This document shows, one piece after another, positions 55,701 to 64,000 of a stretch of 64,000 nt of DNA; the first letter of the stretch is position 1; each line of letters starts with the position of its first letter. The position numbers were made by a program, and so were the translations under genes. This stretch comes from Patescibacteria group bacterium (GTDB taxonomy: Bacteria > Patescibacteriota > Minisyncoccia > Phycocordibacterales > Phycocordibacteraceae), in contig JAIETW010000001.1 of NCBI GenBank assembly GCA_019744845.1, positions 282,176-346,175 of the forward strand, given 5' to 3'. A model generated the notes under the pieces. The model was not told the DNA's origin and did not search any database. It was given only the letters and a program-made list of their open reading frames with translations.

Positions 55701-56375
55701 TCAACGCCCTAGTTTTACTTCCGCAGTGGCGATGTCTTCTGGGCGTCCGATTGGAATCCACAGCGACTGCTCCACCACCGTAATCGGAAGCTCCTTCGCC
55801 ATCAAATTAAGGGGGTGGGTCATGAAGTATTCCCCACTCTCATGCCGTGCAGCCTCAAAAGAGAAGAGGCGCTCATCAAGCACCATGCCGCCGGTAGAGA
55901 CCAGATTCCCTTTCGGGTGCTCTGGCTTCTCTATGACCTCCTCAAGTGTACCGTTCTCCCGTACCGACACCACGCCCATGCTTTCAGGACGATCATGCGG
56001 TGCAACGAGAATGGCGAGCTCGTGTGATACCGCCTTAGTGAGTGCTTCTTTTCCTTGAATATCATCTGCATTCAAAAGAAGAAACTTCCCCGTGATAAGA
56101 GGACGTGCGACTGAAAGTGCGTGTGCCGTGCCTGCAGGCATCCACTGATGCGCATAGCGGACCGGAAGACCTTGGTAGGAGTCTCCAATATGCGCCCGCA
56201 CCATGTCGGCCTTGTACCCCACTATAAGAATGATCTCCGTTATGGAGTCAGGGAGTGCATCAAGCACATGCTCAAGAATAGTCTTTCCCGAGACCTCAAT
56301 AAGAGGCTTCGGACGCTCAAGGGTAAGGGGGCGCATGCGCTTCCCTTCTCCCGCTGCCATGATGACTGCCTGCAT
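55701..56375 (-). CDS. Sugar-phosphate nucleotidyltransferase (NTP-transferase family)
   Basis: VIMAAGEGKRMRPLT (G-x-G-x-R) and LLNADDI motifs. 224 aa. Confidence 0.75.
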   Translation of the reverse strand: MQAVIMAAGEGKRMRPLTLERPKPLIEVSGKTILEHVLDALPDSITEIILIVGYKADMVRAHIGDSYQGLPVRYAHQWMPAGTAHALSVARPLITGKFLLLNADDIQGKEALTKAVSHELAILVAPHDRPESMGVVSVRENGTLEEVIEKPEHPKGNLVSTGGMVLDERLFSFEAARHESGEYFMTHPLNLMAKELPITVVEQSLWIPIGRPEDIATAEVKLGR

Positions 56376-56441
56376 ATAGAGAGACTATACGACATAGCCG
56401 CCTCGTTTTATAGCGGTATCCCGTATGCTAAAGTACACACC

Positions 56442-57167
56442 ATGAACGAGGAATTTGACGCACATGAGGCGTTAGTGCGCGAACTCTCTGATCCCCACCT
56501 TCGTGAGCAGTACGCCCGCCCCTATAACGGACGAAAGATCGGCCTTGTGCCAAAGATTCTTGCTGCCTTCCTTGTAGGTTCTGGCACTCTGCTTTACGGC
56601 CGTCGCCCTTCCTACGGGAAATTCAAGGCAATTGAGGTCATTGCGCGTGTTCCCTACCAATCATGGGAAGTGGCAGCGTACACGCTCGTCTCTGCCTTTC
56701 ATGGAAACGAGAAGATGGCGATTGAGCTTTGTAAGACGAGTGCCTTTAGCCGCTTCGCACAGGACAATGAAACGATGCACGTCGTCGTGATCTCACACCT
56801 CGCACGACGCAAGAAAGATCATGGACTCTTCCGGTTCACCCTCATACCTCTCATTTTCGCCCTCATCTACTTCTGGGCGATTTACTTCCTCTACATGATT
56901 TCTCATAAGGCAGCACTAGAGCTGAACTACCTCTTTGAGTCTCATGCCTATGAGCAGTACCAGGAGTTTATTGATACGAACGAAGAAATGCTCAAACAGA
57001 CTCCTGTGATGTCCGACTTCCTCGCCTTCTACGGTCGGAACGTAAAGAGTGAGTATGAGTTCTTTGAGAGTGTACGTAACGACGAACTCATCCACCGCAA
57101 CCGTTCTATCCGCGAACTTGAGGTGCGCGGCACTCGCATTAAGCCTTCGTTTGAGGAGACGGTGTAG
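56442..57167 (+). CDS. Alternative-oxidase (AOX/PTOX)-like membrane di-iron carboxylate protein
   Basis: IEVIARVPYQSW (AOX LETVA-VP), LFESHAYEQY and RNDELIHRNRS (AOX RADEAHHR) give an E...ExxH...E...ExxH pattern with an amphipathic membrane helix region. Start at MNEEF after the upstream gene. Confidence 0.5.
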   Translation: MNEEFDAHEALVRELSDPHLREQYARPYNGRKIGLVPKILAAFLVGSGTLLYGRRPSYGKFKAIEVIARVPYQSWEVAAYTLVSAFHGNEKMAIELCKTSAFSRFAQDNETMHVVVISHLARRKKDHGLFRFTLIPLIFALIYFWAIYFLYMISHKAALELNYLFESHAYEQYQEFIDTNEEMLKQTPVMSDFLAFYGRNVKSEYEFFESVRNDELIHRNRSIRELEVRGTRIKPSFEETV

Positions 57168-57747
57168 TGTTTCTCTGCTTTTGAATAAAGAGCACCATGA
57201 GCGTGTTGATGCAGATCATCGCAACTGAATGAATTGTCGTCGCGATATTGTAGGAACCAAGTGAGAGGAGAGTCAGCACATGACGTCCGACGTTCATACC
57301 GTAGAGAAGTGGCTGTTCGGTTTCAGGATGCATCCACGTCTTTCGTAAGGTCGGAATGAATGCGACCACATCAATTCCCACCATAATCACTACGGATATA
57401 GTGGGATCCTTCGTAAGTGCCCATGGAATAAGACCAATGAGCGCTACGGCAAGGAAATAATTATCTATAGGGCGTATGTGCTGCCCACGATCTGTGAACA
57501 GATACTTAAGAGAGAGCAGAAAAATAATGATCGTAAATGCTTCGGCAATTCCGGTAGGAATGGCACCAATCCCTGCACCCTTCACTACCCCACCAAGAAA
57601 GGTCGTCATGGAGACGATTGACCATATAAACCACGTGTACGGGTGCGGCTTTACTCGCCCACTAAGCGCATCCCTGAGATAGGAGACGTTCCCCACGATC
57701 GCCAAGATTGAGGCGATAATCACAAAAAGCACAGTAAGATCAAACAT
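57139..57747 (-). CDS. Polytopic membrane protein, hypothetical
   Basis: About six TM helices. No motif recognised. Confidence 0.4.
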   Translation of the reverse strand: MFDLTVLFVIIASILAIVGNVSYLRDALSGRVKPHPYTWFIWSIVSMTTFLGGVVKGAGIGAIPTGIAEAFTIIIFLLSLKYLFTDRGQHIRPIDNYFLAVALIGLIPWALTKDPTISVVIMVGIDVVAFIPTLRKTWMHPETEQPLLYGMNVGRHVLTLLSLGSYNIATTIHSVAMICINTLMVLFIQKQRNTTPSPQTKA

Positions 57748-57806
57748 AGTTGAATGGTATCACTCGTGAACGAAGAAAAGCGCCACTGGCGCTTTTCTAT
57801 ATCTTG

Positions 57807-58123
57807 TTGCGGGGGCCGGAATCGAACCGGCGTCTGGAGGTTCTTTTACACCTTCTGTTTCCAGAAGGAATGGACTATCCCATAATCCTGACGGATTCTC
57901 CCATTATAGTCTCTGAACCTTCCCCGAATGTACTCGAGGCTTGGCTGCTGATTGCCGAATCTTTTTGTTTTTCAAACCGTCGCATCCATCCTTTCGGATC
58001 ACGCTGTGGTACAAAAAGCTCTAACGGTGTTCCAGCAATTTAGAGAGTTTTTCCACTACCCGTTGCCGGATAGGGTCACGTTTACCACATGAGCCTCCCG
58101 AGGTACCTCTCCTCTACCCCGCG
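57807..58123 (-). tRNA. Initiator tRNA-fMet (anticodon CAT) split by a 246-nt group-I-like intron after anticodon nt 36
   Basis: 5' exon CGCGGGGTAGAGGAGAGGTACCTCGGGAGG-CTCAT, nearly identical to E. coli tRNA-fMet including the C1xA72 mismatch and A11:U24. 3' exon AA-CCTCC-AGAC-GCCGGTTCGATTCCGGC-CCCCGCA-A. Confidence 0.7.
57843..58088 (-). ncRNA. Group-I-like intron in tRNA-fMet
   Basis: The 5' exon ends in U. The intron ends in G (GGTGTAAAAG|AA). GGTTCAGAGACTATAATGGG...GGATAGTCCATTCC resembles the Tetrahymena J6/7-P7 segment AGUUCACAGACUAAAUG...GAUAUAGUCGGACC. Confidence 0.55.
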
Positions 58124-58245
58124 ATATATTGCTTCGTTCACCGAAGCCCCAGGCAAATTACCATTTTAGACACTAAATGGCAACAAAATTATGAAAATGA
58201 TCATTCATAACCTCGTATGTATTTTATGATACTATTTGTGTAGCT

Positions 58246-58617
58246 ATGCCCCTTTCAGACCCACATAAGCGAAAAAAGTACCACGCAAAATATATGAGAG
58301 AGGTGTGGTATCCGAAGAATAAAGAGCGGCACCTCACTTACGTAAAGCGAAACAAGCAACGCGTGACAGAGTTTATTGAAAGTTACAAGAGAGCCCGGTC
58401 ATGTATTGACTGTGGTTTTTCCGGTAAAAACTTTCCTTATGTTTTAGATTTTGACCATATACATGGAAGAGACGCTAAGAAGTTCACTATCGGCAGCTGG
58501 TCTCACTCAGTACTTAGCGTTGAGGCTATTAGGAAGGAAATAGAAAAGTGTGAACTAGTATGTGCAAACTGTCATCGTATACGAACATTCAAAACGAAAC
58601 AGCGTGCTCAAAAATAG
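58246..58617 (+). CDS. HNH endonuclease (free-standing, adjacent to intron-containing tRNA-fMet)
   Basis: CIDCGF...LDFDHIHG...CANCHR gives C-x2-C...HH...C-x2-C-H, an HNH/zinc-finger nuclease motif. Confidence 0.6.
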   Translation: MPLSDPHKRKKYHAKYMREVWYPKNKERHLTYVKRNKQRVTEFIESYKRARSCIDCGFSGKNFPYVLDFDHIHGRDAKKFTIGSWSHSVLSVEAIRKEIEKCELVCANCHRIRTFKTKQRAQK

Positions 58618-58621
58618 AGCC

Positions 58622-59239
58622 TTATACATCAATCGTATCAAACTCCCTAAACACCGCTTCATAGTGCTTAATCGCGCGATACGCCACTTCATCCTTTAGG
58701 GGCTCCTCTGGCGCTGCGGCCATTTGGTTTCGTACGTTATGTGCCTCCCATGCCTCGTTCAAAGTCTTAAACCGTGCAGGGTCCACCTTCGCAAGCTTCT
58801 CCGCGACCGTGTTTCCTTCGTAGTGTTGTTCGGTCAAAATCTCATCAAGCATGATGTCAGCCTCAATCACTGCCTGACGCCAGTCCTTTTCATGAGGACT
58901 TTCAACAAGTGAAACCACATGCTGCCAGCGTGAGCGGTCTACCTGACGATCTGCCTCTTCAAATTCAATATCTTCATACAAATGTTCCTCCGCACGACGA
59001 ATCTGGTAGATACGAACAGTGGCAAACACCAGCACCATAAGTGCGAGCAAGGAGATCACAAACCCAAGAATGGTTACTACATTCCATATCGCACTCATGA
59101 TGGGGCCAAACTGAATGGCGTTCACATTAATCGTTGCCCCACTCTCTATATGTCCGCGGAACAACGCCTCATAGATAAGGCGAAAGAAATACTCAACGTT
59201 AAGAAAATGAATTGGTCCCTCTCCTTCAGCCATTAGCAC
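58622..59239 (-). CDS. Hypothetical membrane-anchored protein
   Basis: One central TM helix, then an acidic helical C-terminal region. Confidence 0.35.
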   Translation of the reverse strand: MLMAEGEGPIHFLNVEYFFRLIYEALFRGHIESGATINVNAIQFGPIMSAIWNVVTILGFVISLLALMVLVFATVRIYQIRRAEEHLYEDIEFEEADRQVDRSRWQHVVSLVESPHEKDWRQAVIEADIMLDEILTEQHYEGNTVAEKLAKVDPARFKTLNEAWEAHNVRNQMAAAPEEPLKDEVAYRAIKHYEAVFREFDTIDV

Positions 59240-59242
59240 TGA

Positions 59243-60676
59243 TTATAGCGTTTCTTTGGTCACTCGGGCGCCGATTGTAAACAGGAGGTCATCTGCACCG
59301 AGAGGCGCGGTGAAGTGGATCCCAGTAGGAAGAGAGACCCCGTCGCGCTCTACATTCCCCATAGGCACGGAAAGGGCCGGCATTCCAGTAAGGTCCGCAG
59401 ACACCGTAAAGATATCTTCAAGATACATGGACACCGGATCACTCTTCTCACCAAACTTGAAGGCAGGAGACGGTGTAGTAGGAGAGGCAATGACGTCTAC
59501 CGTTTCAAACGCACGGTCATATTCTTCACGCAGCACCTGTCTTGCCGCATCTGCCTTGCGATAGTAGGCATCTATATACCCTGAAGAAAGTACAAAAGTG
59601 CCAAGAAGAATACGCCGTTTCGTTTCAGGACCAAATCCTTCAGTACGAGACGCAAGATACCCAGCAAGAAGATCCTTCCCTTCTTTGGATACACCATAGC
59701 GAATACCATCAAAGCGTGCGAGGTTCGTGGATGCTTCTGCAGGTTGAATCACGTAGTACGCCGCAAGCGCGTACGGACTCGTCGGAAGTGAGACTTCTAC
59801 AAGCGTATGTCCTTCTGCCTCAAGTTCTTTGAGAGTACGCTCAAAATTCTCCTTCACATCAGGATCAAGTCCTTCTTCAAGCAAATGGTATGGCACGCCG
59901 ATGCGGAACGTCTTTGGCGTTTCCTTACGTGGATACGTCGTATCGGTAATAGATGTTGAATCAAGTACGTCCGGTCCCCTAACCGCATCAAAGAGTGCTT
60001 TAGCGTCTGCAACTGATTTTGCGAGTGGTCCTGCCTGATCGAGCGAAGAGCCAAGAGCGATAAGACCATGACGAGAGATCGCGCCGTAGGTAGGCTTGAG
60101 TCCTACCAGACCGCAGTGTGCAGCAGGCTGACGAATAGACCCTCCAGTATCGGTACCAAAGGAGCCAAGACACAGATGTCCGGCTGAGGCAGCAGCAGAG
60201 CCTCCTGAGGAGCCTCCAGGCACACGAGTAGGATCAATAGGGTTCCGTACGGGTCCGAATGCTGAGTTTTCGGTAGAGGAGCCCATTGCGAACTCATCCA
60301 TGTTCGTGCGGCCAATAAATAGTGCCCCTGCCTCCTTCAGCTTCTTAGTAACAGTCGCGTCGTAGGTCGCTTTGTAGTTTGAAAGAATCTTAGACGCAGC
60401 ACTTGCGATATGTCCTTCAATCAAAATGTTGTCCTTCATTGCAAGCGGAATGCCGCAGAGAAGCGGTGCCGCGTCTCCTTCGGTATCAATTCGTGTCTGT
60501 GCAGCCGCAATCGCCATTTCATCAGCCTCAAAAAGCTCAAGATACACGTTAAGCGCTACATTCTTTTCTCTCGCGGCGTGCACACAGGCGTCATACAACT
60601 CACGCACCGTACACTCGCCTGCACGAAGCATGCGTGCGGCCTCTGTAATGGTGAGCTCGTTTAATGCCTTAGTCAT
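59243..60676 (-). CDS. gatA: Asp-tRNA(Asn)/Glu-tRNA(Gln) amidotransferase subunit A
   Basis: Amidase signature GGSSGGSAAA with Ser-cisSer-Lys residues. About 478 aa. Start at MTKALNELT, overlapping gatC by 8 nt. Confidence 0.9.
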   Translation of the reverse strand: MTKALNELTITEAARMLRAGECTVRELYDACVHAAREKNVALNVYLELFEADEMAIAAAQTRIDTEGDAAPLLCGIPLAMKDNILIEGHIASAASKILSNYKATYDATVTKKLKEAGALFIGRTNMDEFAMGSSTENSAFGPVRNPIDPTRVPGGSSGGSAAASAGHLCLGSFGTDTGGSIRQPAAHCGLVGLKPTYGAISRHGLIALGSSLDQAGPLAKSVADAKALFDAVRGPDVLDSTSITDTTYPRKETPKTFRIGVPYHLLEEGLDPDVKENFERTLKELEAEGHTLVEVSLPTSPYALAAYYVIQPAEASTNLARFDGIRYGVSKEGKDLLAGYLASRTEGFGPETKRRILLGTFVLSSGYIDAYYRKADAARQVLREEYDRAFETVDVIASPTTPSPAFKFGEKSDPVSMYLEDIFTVSADLTGMPALSVPMGNVERDGVSLPTGIHFTAPLGADDLLFTIGARVTKETL

Positions 60677-60959
60677 AGAAAATAATCTGTGGCACCTTAA
60701 GTGCGTTCCCCTCCTTCTTTGGGAACTGCTCAACTATCTTTTTTGTGTACGTACCTTTCTCACGAGGCTCTCCATCCTCTCTAAATACGTTACGTACTGG
60801 AGAGACCACCTCCTCTTTTGCAGACACCTTCAGATCTTCAAGCTGACTCACGTACGCCAAAATACCTTCAAACTGCTCTGCAAATTTTGCGAGCTCAGCG
60901 TCGGTAAAGTCTATGCGCGCAAGCGCTGCAAGCTTTCGTACGTCCTCTACGGATGCCAT
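60669..60959 (-). CDS. gatC: Asp/Glu-tRNA amidotransferase subunit C
   Basis: 96 aa, VEDVRKLAALARIDFTDAEL, typical of GatC. Directly upstream of gatA. Confidence 0.8.
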   Translation of the reverse strand: MASVEDVRKLAALARIDFTDAELAKFAEQFEGILAYVSQLEDLKVSAKEEVVSPVRNVFREDGEPREKGTYTKKIVEQFPKKEGNALKVPQIIFYD

Positions 60960-60971
60960 GGTGCCACTCTA

Positions 60972-63447
<2,476 letters not shown>

Positions 63448-63451
<4 letters not shown>

Positions 63452-63933
63452 AGCCAGTCGCGTAGATTTTCAGACACCGAGAGCGAGAAGGTGCCTCCGC
63501 CCGTCTGCCACTCAACCGTCACGGTCACCAACACTTCGTTCGTACTGATGGTCGTGATGGTCACCTCACGAGTGAAACGCGTAAGCGGGTACCCGCCCGT
63601 CACCTGTTGGGTATAGAGCCCCGTCGGAGAGAGGCGTAGTGGCGCAATAGAGGCACTCACCGTCCCCTGCGTGGCATCCACGACGCACGGCCCTGGCTGG
63701 CAAGCAGCAAGGCCCGCAAGCCAGCTGCTGCGACCAAGGTAGTTCCCGTCTCGCACGCTGCGCACATACTCAATTCCTTCCTGGGCAAGTGAGGCTGCCA
63801 CGAGCTGATCACGCGCCACAAAAGAGTTACGAAGCGCGCCCTGAATGGCCTGAAAAGGACCGGCAACCGCAAGCGCAAGCACCGTAATGGCGACCAAAGT
63901 CTCAATAAGGGTAAATCCTTTCATAGGCGTCAT
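63448..63933 (-). CDS. Type IV pilin / type II secretion pseudopilin (prepilin N-terminal methylation domain)
   Basis: MKGFTLIETLVAITVLALAVAG is the canonical GFTLIE class-III signal peptide. Overlaps the downstream pilin-like gene by 4 nt. Confidence 0.65.
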
Positions 63934-64000
63934 ATTTCAATCAGGCGCTGCGTGGCACTCGTCTGAATGGAGAAGTCAGTGGTGCGATTACTGATACCTA

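Overview
This 64-kb bacterial window is gene-dense, about 50-55% GC, and most starts lack a clear Shine-Dalgarno sequence. Together with many small secreted or membrane proteins, type IV pilins and tRNA introns, this fits a small-genome, possibly Patescibacteria/CPR-like organism; that placement is speculation. Housekeeping genes recognised from the sequence: typA/bipA, pyrG, metK, glmS, ftsEX, prfB, gatCA, ligA, mltG, msrA/msrB, a class II photolyase, alkB, a DEAD-box helicase, an RND efflux pair and an ABC exporter. RNA genes: tRNA-Gln, tRNA-Thr(CGT), tRNA-Asp, a CAT-anticodon tRNA, and two tRNAs (Thr-GGT and initiator fMet) each split by a group-I-like intron at the same anticodon-loop position. 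A SAM-I riboswitch precedes metK. The main accessory feature is an ~8.1-kb insertion between the 3' end of tRNA-Thr(GGT) and the stop codon of a cupin-type phosphoglucose isomerase. It is delimited by hybrid att-like repeats and carries a large serine recombinase, an AbiEi/AbiEii pair, a copper/thiol-redox module (HMBD-MauE, two DUF305 proteins, His/Met-rich proteins, an HXXEE protein), an internal inverted attP-like site, and a GC-rich ~300-bp element with a 23-bp terminal inverted repeat and several UUCG tetraloops. Other oddities: a tandemly duplicated MazG-like protein with two Cys4 motifs beside an HD nucleotidase; a ~24-bp motif present 3-4 times and flanking a low-GC inserted gene; MutY-like and Nth-like glycosylases without a full Fe-S Cys cluster; an alternative-oxidase-like di-iron protein; an IS1595 transposase island; and a free-standing HNH endonuclease beside the intron-bearing tRNA-fMet. 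No CRISPR array or rRNA was seen.
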